From assembly GCA_965178125.1 (NCBI GenBank), contig OZ237746.1:496001-560000 (forward strand): DNA of 64,000 nucleotides, read 5' to 3'. A program made the position numbers and the translations under genes. Positions 35,074-47,000 of the stretch are shown here, piece by piece. The stretch comes from Bilabrum cf. latius (taxonomy: Eukaryota). The notes under the pieces are model-generated. The model had not been told where the DNA came from. It did no database searches and saw nothing but the letters and a program-made list of their open reading frames with translations. Each line of letters begins with the position of its first letter. Position 1 is the first letter of the stretch.

Positions 35074-36846
35074 CCACACCCAGATAAGCCTGCCAGCGGA
35101 GTCCCCCTGCACGATTGCCAGTGGGCCAGGGCCATCACCGCCAACACCCTTGTTCCCTGGGACAGGCCCGACCCACGGACTCGACTGCATGTGGGGCCTG
35201 CTGTCCAAGGTGGGGCCCTGTCCCAGGGAACAAGAACCGAGGGCCATGGAGGCCGGCGCTGGCACGAGCACGGCACCGTTCACTGCTGCGCCGGCGCTGC
35301 TTGAAGATGCATCAGCCCTCGCGCCCAACAGGCGGCGCATGGCACCGGTGGGCTGCGACCCCGCGGGCTCGACAGAATCGATCTCTGAGGCAGACTCGGG
35401 CCCGACCCTCACCACTCCTGACGTGCCGACCAGACCAGCCTCACCCGACGCATACAATCCATAACCGTTGCCCTGTTCTCTGATATGCTCCCTGGAATGT
35501 TCACTGGTCTGTTCCATTAGAGCACACGCCGATTCAGTCGGATCTATGGCCCACAGCAGCGCGCCCGTGCCCGCGTCGATCGCCCTTAGGAGACCGTCGT
35601 TTGATCCGATCACGGCCGCGAGTCCCGATCCACCGGTGGACTGGCCGACCATGGATCCGACCACCTCATACCTCCCGATAAGGGGACTCGCCGCCACCCA
35701 ATCGCCCGTCGGCGCGGTCCACAGCGCGGCACCATCCTGCAGGCTGATGCCGTACACGTGCTAGTCGTCCGAGCCCACCACAGCACGCGCCACGCCACCG
35801 CTCTCCCACACAGCAGGGGAAGAATCCACGGCAAATCCGGTGCTGGTCATCACCCCCACCTGCGGCGCACTCGTCACGTTGGCAGAGTAGAGCTTACCGT
35901 CGACGTTGCCTACCAGCACACCGCCGCTCCACGCCGCCGCACCCCCCGACGTGCCGCTGGCCGGAGACGGCAACCGAACGTTCGCTGAGGTTCGCTCACC
36001 GGTACCCGCCCGCAGGTAGGCAATTTCTGCGGATTGGAGGGGCAGAGCCACGCGGGTGCCGTCCGGTGTGAGCGCGGGGGCGGTTGCAACCGGCTGGTCC
36101 ACGGCCGCTTGCCAGCGAGTGGTCCCGTCGCTGGCTCGGAGGGCAGCAACGAAACCCGAGTATCCAGCCACTACCAGGCATGGCTCGGTCTGATCGCGGA
36201 TATATGCGTGCTGCTTTGAGGTGCTAAATGTGGGGCCACCTTGGTATGTGCTGGTAGCTGTTCCGCTTGCGCCAAGCCCCGAGCTGCCAGAGGTAGGAGC
36301 GTTGTATAGAAGCGGTGCCGCTTCTACGAACGAAAAATTCGCAGCAAGGTCGTGTCGTTCCCAAACTGTAGACGCAATTGCATTCCCTGTGGCCCCATCT
36401 TTCTTGAGCTGCATGGCTATGATGGTTCCGTTCGATACCGCGATCAGTACCAGCCCCGAGCTTGCTTCAACCGTTGGCTACGCAATAGGCCAGCCAAATC
36501 TCACGACTGGATTCAACTAGACGTGCAGTGGTGCATACTCAGAGCCCAGTGGCAGCGGCTGGCAAGTGCTCAGGTATAGGCTGCCCACCGAATCGGCAAC
36601 CAGAGCGGAACCAGAGAATGGGGAGCCTTCTGGAAGAGTGATCGGCATGGATCCAAACGGGAAACTCGCATTGTTTTCCGTAGTTTGCATGCATCGGACC
36701 CTAGCAGTAGTTCCGGGAAGAGATCCAGATATAATCGATCTATGACGCGTTGCCGATCCACCCCACTAGTATGGCTGCTGAGAGTCCAGGGCTAGAATGC
36801 GAGGGATAATAAAATACACCAAACTGATTTGAAGCAAATCAATCAT
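35074..36846 (-). CDS. Secreted PQQ-like/BamB-type beta-propeller repeat protein (3' end unresolved)
   Basis: Frame continuous through TAGs from the signal-peptide-like MIDLLQISLVYFIIPRILA. Repeats: VVAGYSGFVAALRASDGTTRWQ, VVGSDD(Q)HVYGISLQDGAALW, VIGSNDGLLRAIDAGTGALLW. A GTGAG donor near 35074 suggests a further exon. An alternative start is at 36966. Confidence 0.7.
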
Positions 36847-37019
36847 GCTGGCTGGCTTGCACAGCGCAGTAATATTGTGCGTCCACTCGTGTGTAGCTGC
36901 AGTTGCGACCGCTCGCCGCACTTTCAAGAAGAAGATTAAAACCGCTCGCCGCGTTGCCGCCACCATCTTGAAGTGTAGGCAACTTCAGCCCAGCAAGCAA
37001 CTAGGTAGGCCTGAACGAT

Positions 37020-40000
37020 TTACTTAAGCTCAGTGCTCTCCGCGGCCGCAATCACCTCTGCGGCTTTTGCAAGCACCCACGCATCCATCGCCGCATAGTG
37101 CGCCTGATACAGGGCCAGAGGCCTCTGCCTCCAGTCAGACATCCTGGGTCTCTTGTCCAGCGGTCTGCCGAACATCTGCTGGGCCAGAGCGCCGAGACCA
37201 CCGGTGCTCCCGCCCTTCTTACCACCCTATGCGGTTGCAACAGCTTGGTTCGGGGAGCACAGCCCAGCCAGACGCTTCGTGGCACCGTCTGCTTCGCTGG
37301 ATCCGGCATCGGCATCAGCTCTAGATCCGGTACTAGCACCATCCAAAGCAACGGCATGACCACCGCCACTTCCTTCTCTTAGGATTGCCTGTGCCCGCAG
37401 CACCTTTTCGACTGCCCTGGTCTACGCCTGCCTCCACGGCGCGCACTAGAACTCGAGAACACGGGCCATCCTGCTGCCGGGTGAGGCAGCGCCTGCCTCA
37501 ACATCGTCTGTAGGAGCAAGACTCAAGCTGCCCGGGGCAGCCTCTGGGTTGATCCACGCGTGCGACGAATGCGAGGATGCCACGCCACGGGATGCTGACC
37601 CACCACGCGCTGGTGCGGCAGCCGCAGCGGATGCGCCCCCAGTCGTACTGGCCTTCTCGCCCCCATGAAGGGTCTTTTCTTCCTTCTGCTCTGCGGTTGT
37701 TTTGTTCCCCGCGCGCCAGCTGCACCACTTTGACCATGCCTGATCCGCCATTGGACACCCTTGGAGAGATTTTCCAAGCTCGGACAGATCACCCTGCGCA
37801 CCGAAAAAAGCCAGCACAGGCACTGGCTCAGACTCGGCTGCGGGTGTTATCGATCCGCGAGGATCTTGTCTCTGGCCACCACTCGATCCACCATGGGAAG
37901 AGCTGAACCCCCCCGACTAGCCAGTGAGTGACATTACGAACCGACCAAGGGAGATGTCGGCAGGGGAGCCCTGGCCCCCGCGCCTTGCCTGCGTTGACAG
38001 AGCGGGCATGTCCACCAGCAAAGCAGTGCCAGCCGTGGAGAGCTGCAGTAAGTCTGCCCCTTGGCCCCAAATGACTGCCGCCCCAGGCATTGCGGACTCT
38101 GCCTGTCCCACGGTCGCAGATTGCGTCGATGTCCACTCGCAGTCGAGACCTATCACCACGGCACGTTGCTTCAGGGTTGCAACAGAACCGCCAGAACCAG
38201 GCTTCTGACTAGAAGACTTGGCGGGCCCGCAATCATTCAACCGAAGCTTGGGATCTCCCCCCGCCACGAGAGCCTTCCATGCACCCTCCAGCGCACTGGC
38301 ATTGTCAACCAGCAGCAGCTGGCTGTCCGTTGGCATCCGCAGGAACGGCCAGCCAAGGCTACCTGCTGTCGGAGACCCAGCAGAAATACGCCGCATGCTG
38401 CGCAGCTCCTCCTCCCATGGCATTGAGAGCAGGCAGTCAAACCCCCTTGCCTTTGACGCGAGGCGAAGAGCACGGGCGAGGGGCGCAGCCAGTCTGCGAG
38501 CCGCAGCGACATCAGCGATCCATTCCCTTCCGCGAACGACCACCTCCTCCTCTTCGTCAAGACTAGCATCAGCTGCTGCCACACCAGCGGCAGCAACAGC
38601 CCTTTGCCCTGCCATGCTGTTAATCATGAACCGCATATGCTCCTGCTGTTTCTTGGTGATGCCCACAGCGCGGAGCACCTGGCCAGCGAGCCAAGCCCAC
38701 CGGACAGGCAGGACCGTCTCCAAGCCAAAGTGGCGCTTCGCATCTGCACAAGCTGCCGAAACATCCTTGATTCCATCGGTGGCACCAACTGCCCCAGGCG
38801 GCGCCCGAAGCAGCATAGCCAGCCTTGACAATGCTGCTGACCCGAACAGGATCACGCGCAGCCTGGCGCTTAACAAAGCGATCGCATTATCACTCGCCAC
38901 ACCTGCATCGCCACTCATCACACCTGCACCGCCGCTGCCCTTCAAGTGCGCCCACCAGTCAGGAAGCCCGTCCAACGTGCCCCTCCCCCTGGGCAGCAGC
39001 ACCTTAGGCGAAGCAGTTTCTACTGAAGAAGGTCCATCACCACCAGGCATCGCGAGGGCTGCAGTTGAGCTGCCTGCTGCTGGTACACGAGAGCTTGCCA
39101 CGGCACCAGCATGGCTACCACACGCTGCAGCAGCAGCCAGCACCCCATCGAGTTCCAAAGCCGTGTCGCTGTGCCCACGCTCCTCCTCCACTGTTCTCTA
39201 GGGGCGACCGCCCCTGCGGCCCCCCGGTGCAGGTGGTCCGCCCTCCCCGCATGCCTGTGCCTGCGATGCGACTGCCATGGCCAGCTCTGTGGACATGAGG
39301 GGGGAGGGGTCGCCTCGTGACTTCAGGCCGGACAGCCAGTCTGCAATAGCAGCAGCATCTGCTGCAGGCGATGGCTTGCCCGGGTCACCCCTGTGCTCGG
39401 TGCCTTCCGCGAGTGCCAGCCCAGAACCTGAAGCCTTGTCACTGCGGTCAAGCAAAGCATCGACCACATCGATCATTGCGGCAGGCGGGCAGTACCCCGC
39501 GAGAACGCCATCACCCACGCCTGCCTTGGGTCCGACAGCCCAGTATAGCTTCGCTCTGGCCTGGGGCGGAAGAAGGAGAGGGAAAGCCGCTTGGGGCAGT
39601 CCGCTCGAAGCCACCAGCCTGAGCGCCCCCCTGGAGCCCAGCTCGCTGCTGGTTGATGCCCTGTCGACCAACCAGTGGAGCACACTGTCTCGATCCAAGG
39701 GTGCTTCGCCCCCAGCAGAGCCGGCACCCGCACCTGTCGCAGGTGCACCATCGCCTAGAACACTGCTGCCGGCTCGTGATTCCCCCCGTTCTTTCTTGCT
39801 TATGGCAGCTGCCAGCTGTGCTGCAGATTTGGGATCTTTTCCCGTCGTGCACATGGTCCACAGCGCCTGCCTCACCTCGGCATCTGTCCTGCTCCTCAGC
39901 TTGGCGGGGCTGCTCGTCTTGGCCGCGCCCACTGAGCGGAACCAGCACCTGCCTGCCTTGGTCGATGCGTCCCCACCCGTCACACCATGCAAACCACTCG

Positions 40001-40919
40001 TCACATCGCTCGCACCAAGAGCCCCGAGTGCCCTCGCCCTCCCCTCCTTGCCCAAGCCCCAGAGGTAGACCAGCAGCTGGCTGGCCTCAAGTCTGCGGGC
40101 TTGCATCAGGTCTGCACCTGCGGCTACTGCGGCAGCGAGAGCAGCGTTTGATGATGCAATCTCTGGTTCTGCGCTGGCATCGGACGACTCCACATCAACA
40201 ACTGGCGGCGTTTCGTACATGCTCGCTCCCCGGCGGCACACAGCCTCCATTACTGCCGCCTGCATGGCCGTAGCAATTGCGCGCTGCTTCTCTGACCTCA
40301 AGGACGCAATGTCGCGAGGCAGTACACACCGGAGCGCGGTTCCCATCGCTTTTGCCGGCAGCAAATCGACGAGTGTTTGCAAGGAGCTCTTCGGCGATAG
40401 GTGGGGCCCACCGGTGTCACTGGATGGCTGCGGCGCGCCAGCTGCGATAAACACATCTCCATCTGTGCGTTTCACCGCGGATCGCCATGCATCTCCAAGC
40501 AAGGCGCCAAGGATACCACAAGCTCGCCCAAGGGGGAACCCGGTGCTGTGCGGGGCCCGAGGAGATGCTGCACCCTCTGGTTCCACGGACGCATCAGGCT
40601 CCCGTGCCACGTCCGATGCTTTTTCCAGGCATGCATGATTGTATCGAATAGCAATGACCGCAAGAACTGCTGGCAACGCTGCTGGGCCGAGCAGGGACGA
40701 CGGGTTCTCAAGATCATGCTCAAGTGTTCCATCTCGCAACTGAGCCTCAGGCTTCAAAGCCCCTGCCGTGTCTAGGGCTCTCTGCATTGAGGGGTAGATG
40801 GAACGACCATCGGTACCCTTGGATGATGTTATCACAAGGTTGGCGATGTGCTCTGTCTCAGCAACTGCATGGATCTTCGGCTGGCTTGCTACAGATTTTT
40901 GCTCGCTGCTGCCTGCCAT
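37020..40919 (-). CDS. EXD3/Mut-7-like DEDDy 3'-5' exonuclease, ~1,299 aa
   Basis: Single frame with TAGs, ending in TAA at 37020-37022. Exo I: VIGLDCEW followed by LLQLST..ALLVDM. Exo II: FFGAQGDLSEL. Exo III: GLGALAQQMFGRPLDKRPRMSDWRQRPLALYQAHYAAMDAWVL, reached only by TAG read-through. Confidence 0.85.
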
Positions 40920-41046
40920 AGACAAAAACCAAGCAAACAAATCGATGGATTTGGTTTAGTCTCAAAGCTGGGAAAAACCAACTTCAAGTGAATCAAAGAA
41001 AAGGGGCTCACCAGGAGCTCATCACACCACACCATCGGCCAGCGCC

Positions 41047-44000
41047 TCAGCGCCCAAACAAGGCCGTCGATGCGCGACTGCCAACCCCCTTGCATTCCTC
41101 CACAGCAGATACGATGCTCCGCCCCACGCTAGCCTCAGCCTCGCCAAAGGTGCGGCACACCGCGAAGGACGCACCGGCCGACCGCGCAGCTGCAAGCGTC
41201 ACCAGCGACGCAGCCGGCACGCCAGCGACTCGGATGGCACCGGCCGCGCCGATAAACGCTCTATCCTCATCTTCGTCGTCCTCATCGTCATCGCTGTCAC
41301 TTTCGCTGTCTCCGCCATCGCCCTCCAGCAAAGCCGTCCTCGCCGCCTGAATCTCGCTGGCAGACCAGCTCTCAGACGCCTCCCCGACCGCCTCCGAGCA
41401 CGCTGCCCACTCTAGCAAGCCCTGCTGCAGCGCCAGCAGCGACCGCAGGCAGAACAGCGCGCGCTACAGACCATCCTGACCGCGACGAGCGGCCAGTGCA
41501 GCCATGGCACCGACATCTGCCCCAGCCTTGCTTGAGTCTGCACCGGTAGCACCCAGCAGAACGGCGATGCAAGCACCCAGTCCAGCCCCGATCGCGTCTC
41601 CGAATTCGCCTCCCAGCGATGCGCACCTCCTTGCCACGCAGGCCACCCAGGCCTTGACTGCATCTCCGCCCTCTCTGCCTTCCAGCAGCGAGGGCGGGTC
41701 TAGGCCTGCCTTTGCTTCGCGTCTCTCGATCGACACGCACGCGCCCGACACACAGCCCTCGAGAGCGCGCGCCGCACCCGCCAACAGACGCAGCGTCGTA
41801 TCCGTGCCAGCATCTGCCGATGCATCCTCAACGCTTGCCTAGCCTGCAGCCCGAGACACGGCCGAGAACACCGACCTGCACCACGCCACGCACCCGGCGC
41901 GCCTCCACAGGAAGGACCCCGCCACAGGCATCCGCTGCATCGTGGGCGGCACCTCTTGCACTGGCCCCTCCCACTCGCCCCCCGCGTCCTCCTCCTCACC
42001 TATCCCGTACCCGCCCTCGCCTGTGCCGTACCCAGACCCCTGGCCATAGGCCTGCGAGTCCCAGCTCTCCCCGTACTGGGCCTCCTGCGTGCCTTCACCA
42101 GCGCCGTATCCACCGTAGTTGCCATCGACTCCATCTCCAGACCCAGCACCACCATCCATGGCTGACGCACCGCCGTGCGCTGCACCATCACCGGCTGGAG
42201 GTACCTGTTCCCCTTCTTCCTTCGTCTCCTCTGCTTTGACCGCCCACACGCGGAGCAGAGAAGCCCTGCCCAGCGCGGCTGCAGCCCTCGCCCTCAGCCG
42301 GTCGCCGGCAGCTGGAGCAGTGCCGAGCACCTGCATGGCTGCATACCCTCCGCCCTGGGATGCGGCGCTGTGCGACACACCGCACTGAGCGCCCTCCCCC
42401 ACGAGCCCGGCAAAGAATGCCACCCTCGGGTCCGAACCGTGCGCGCCCGCGGTGGCTGCAGCGAGCGCCGAGGCCGATTCCTTGTCCCCCTTGGCCTCCT
42501 GCGCCGCCTGCGGAACAAGCGCATCGGCGAACGGCGGCTGCCTGAGGACGAAGAAGGGACGGGCCAGGAGTGTCTTGTTCACCTGGGAGTACAGAGCGTG
42601 CTCGGGCTGCAGCAAGACGACGGCAGCATCCGCAGCAAACAGGCAGTGCGCGGCGGGAAGTCGCTGCAGGGGTGCCCTGACGGACGCCCGCACGACGTTC
42701 AGCAGCAGTCGCAGCTGCTGCTGCTCTCCGAATCCATTAATGGGCCGCGCGATCGCCTCAAAGTACAGGCCGACGATGCCGTACGCCAGCGCCCTCAGCT
42801 CGTCGCTGCCTGCAGACAGGCACGCAAGGGCCAGGGGAAGGACGCCGCTGGAGACCAATTTCCGCGGACTCACGGCCACTCGCGCCGTCAGCAGCGCGGT
42901 GGCAGCCTCGAGTACCCACGCTGGATCTAACGCCAACCTCCTCCTTCTCTCCCTCGCCGCCCATGGGCCATCCAGTGCCACGCCGGGCACAATGGGCAGC
43001 GAGGTCGGCGCGTCGGCGTCGTCGGGATGCGGCAGCACGGCGGCAAGAGAGGCCCGCGCACCTGTTCCCTGGGGCACCGCGGCGTCCATGTCGGACTGGC
43101 ACTCGGGATCCCTCCACACGGCGGGGCCAGGGACTCGGCCTGCCAGTGCTCTCTGCAAGGGTGGCCGCTCGTCCACGATCGCGCTCGGCCTCGACGCGCC
43201 TGCGGCTGCTGCCTCGGCGGTTGCATTCGCCGCGGTGCCTGGCGTGCCCCTGTGTGCAGGGAGGGACCGAATGGTGCATGCGAGCCTCGCGCCGACAGCG
43301 GCGCTGCCTGATGCAGACGCAGAGGCGGTGGCAGCGACTCCGCCACCCAGCACCTCACCGCTCTTGCCCGAGACCACGGCGATGCTAGACACCAGTGCCT
43401 GTCGGGCCGCCGCAGCTTCCATCTGAGCTGCAGCCACCGAGATGACAGCGGCATCCGAGGCGTTCAGAGTGCCAGTCACCCGGCGACTGGCTAGGGCACC
43501 GGCTGCCTTTGCGTCGGCCGGAGACACAGTGCCCTGCCGCTTGACCTGGGGTGGTACGTGCCTCTGGCCGACAGCCCGAGCCATGGCTTGTGCCAGCGCG
43601 ACAGACGAGACCCCCGGATCGTCACACCCAGGCAAGGCCACGCCGGAATAGCCACCAGCAGTGAGCCACTCGAGAGTCGCGATTGCACCGGCCGACAGCG
43701 CCGCTGCTTCCTCCTGCTTGTCCCTGCCCCCTGCAGACCCCGCGGCGGCAGCGGCAGACACAGCCATTGCTTCCAGCTCGTCGTGCTTGGGCAAGGGGCT
43801 CTCTCCTCGCAACGCAGATTCGAGCAACATGGGATCCGCCAGCGCCTGCCTCACCGCAGCAGCATGCACGTGCTTCCACACGTCTGCGCCCCAGCCAAAC
43901 CCACACAGCCGTCTCCAGTCCACCCCAGGCCGCGTCTCAGGAGCAACGGGTTCCTGTTCCTCGCCGTACCCCGCGCCTGCTCCGCTGCCCAGCACGCCCT

Positions 44001-47000
44001 GCTGCTAACCAGCGGCATCGGCCCCGTCCACAGGCCTTGGCGCCAGGATCGCAGCGAGGGCCGCGCCGACCCAAGCGTCGGTTTGTCCCAAAGATGCGCC
44101 GCCCATAGACTGCAGAGCGGGCGCAAGGGGAGATGGGAAGGTCGTGGGGGACCGCACAGCGCATCGTGCCATCAGCTGGGCCACACACGCTGCGATGGAA
44201 CCATCCACGGCCACTGGGCGGGTGAGGGCCGAGCCAGCCCGTTCCATGGCGGCATGGGCAGCGGCTTCCTCGCCAGTCCAAGCAGTCTGCATGCGAAGGC
44301 TTCTGGACGACTGGCAAAGCTCCCATGCCTCTGGCGAGGCGTGCTGCACCGAAGCAATGGAAGCAGGCTTGCCAGTCGCATCTGCCTATTCGCTCGATTC
44401 AATACGATCAGCCCCGGTGCGTGCCCTGAGCCGCTTGACCAGCAGCGCTCCTGCCTGCTCCGCAGCGACCGGGCTGGCGATCCTGCCGGCCGCTTCCTCC
44501 CCCATGAGCGCAGGGTGCAGCGGGGGCATGACCAGCATCCGTGCGGCCACAGCAGCAGCCCCGAGCAGGATGGGAGACCAGGGGACAATGCACCCCGCCA
44601 ACGCAGCGGGCGTTAGATGCGATGCGGACTTGCCGATTGCAGCCTTCTTGCCACCGCTAGAACTGGCGGCGCCGCCGCTGCTGCTGCTGCTTGAGGGCGC
44701 TGCTTCTTTCTTGTCGGCGTCACTGCCACTGTCCGAATCCGAATCCGAATCCGAATCTGAGTCGCTCTCGCTCTCACTATCGCTGCCGGAATCGGAATCA
44801 GACGAAGAGTCGCTATCGCTGTCGTCTGCCATCGCTGCGGATCCTGTCGATGGACTGGCCCCGGTCCCGGAGGCCCGAAGGCTCCCATCTTCGAAGAATC
44901 CATCGGCCTCTGCCGCCTCCTTCCGGGCTCGCTGGAGTCGCTCCGGAGGACACTCCTCGTCATCAGCAGCAGCCACAAGCTCAAGCAAGATGCCGCCCGC
45001 TGCCTGCCCCACAGCGCCCCCAAAGACTGCCTGTGCCACAGCCCGGGACGCACCCCCGCTGGCCTCTGCAGCCAACCTGCCTACGGTGTCACCAGCCTTG
45101 CCCCCAGTAGCCGCACTGCCACTGCCAGTCTTTGCCCCCGGCATGCACTGAGCAAGCGCCACCAGCCCGCCTTTGCTTGGCATACCCGGCCAGTGGGCCG
45201 CCTTGTCCTGGGCCAGCGGAAGCGCCCACGACAAGGCACCCGCGCACCTCGAGGCGGACTGAGCAACCTGACGGTCGCCGCGCAGCAAACCAGCGAGCGC
45301 GCCCCGACTTGCCTCGTCATCCCCTGCTGCGGCACCGCTACCGCCCTTGCCCTGCGCTGCAGCCATCGCGCGTTCCAGGGAAGCGCAAACCTCCGCCCCT
45401 CGAACGGCCAGTACGAACAGGGCGCACGCCGCCGAAGCGGCTGCCCTGCATTGGCTCAAGAAGCTTCCCGGCACCACATATCCGCCTTCTACTGCAAGTC
45501 CAGCCAGCACACCGGACGGGCCTGTGGTCCCTGTTCCAGCTGCCAGCACAGCGTCGGGCCGCGCCACTGCAGCTAGCTGTGACAGCGCCAAGCCAGCCAG
45601 CTCGCCGCACAGGGTCGCCGCGCTCCTCACGGTGCGCCTCTTCTTGCGCGCGGCGGCGGGCGCAGCAGCCACCTGCGACCACTGGCTACCTCTTGGTGCC
45701 ACAATGGCGAGCGCGGTCTCCAGCGCCGCTCTGCAAGCAGACACGAATGACCCATCCACGGCGCACACGCGCTGAGTGCTGCTGCTGCCTTCGGTTGTTT
45801 CGCCACCCGCGTGCATAGAGGCCACGAGAGCGGCGTGCCTCCGCCCCGCAAAGGCCCTCGAAAACTCAAGCGCGCTCACCGCCTTTGACGCACTCGGCTC
45901 CCACGTGTCGGCTGTCTGGTCTAGCAATATGCTGGCAGTGGCCGTGTCGCAGGCTCTGGCAGCAGCGCGAGCAAGAGCCAGCTCCGGCGAGGCGCCACTA
46001 ACGCGGTCAGCCGGCAGATTCACGCCCCCAGGACCCAGCGCCAGGCGATCAATCAGCGTAAGGGAAGATACAAACAAGGTCGCAGCACGCCCTGCCACAC
46101 TGGCAGCAGGCAGCCGCGATGCGGCTGGGAGCAACCGAGCTGCCACCGTTACAGGAGCATCCGAGTCTGCGGAAAGGGCTGACTCGGACAGCTTGATGGC
46201 GCCCACGCGCGCGTCAATCCGAGCAGCTTCGATGTCCGAAGCTCCCTCACCGCCCACGGCAGCGACGGTGGCATCAAAAGCGGACAACAGCTATGCGACT
46301 ATGCTGCTGGGCTCGAGCGACGATACGCTCAAACCATCGGCGGGCAGCAGCCCCATGGGAACAGCAGCCGCCAGGAGGGCAAGCGAGGACGATGCCTTGT
46401 TGCCGCCACCCTCGCTAGCCTTGGCACGAGCACGAGAGAGCAGTCTCGCGGCCAGCGGGCGGCACCCGCTCGCGCACCGCAAGGCCGGGTGCCCGATCGA
46501 CCCGGCTCGTAGGGCACCTTCCATCACAGCCAGGCACAGGCGAAGGGCCCGGGCACCGACTGATTCGCCTGCACTTGGGCTGCTGGATGCATCGGAGCCA
46601 GCGCCACTGGATGGGCCTTCCGAGCTAGCTACTCCCGTCATGGACACATCACCGCCCTCGAGCTTGCACAGGCTCTCTGTCAGCCGAAGCAAGGCATCGA
46701 AGGCTGACTCATCAAACCCACCCGGGGCGGTGGGTCGTCCATTTCCGCCCTGCAGCAGCAAGACCCCCTCCAGGACCGTCACCACAGCCGAGGCTGAAGA
46801 CACCAGGGAGGCCAGGCCCGCCGGTGCAGTCTCCGGGGCGCTGTCACCAACGGCTTCATCCGCGTCGGACCGCCTCCGCTTCCGGCTGCTGCTCTTCTTC
46901 TCCTTCTTTGCCTTCTTCTTGCTGGGAGTAGCACCACCGCTTGTTCCCTGGATACTGTTTGTCTGAGCCACCAGGTCCTCTGCCCTGGCAACCACTGCGT

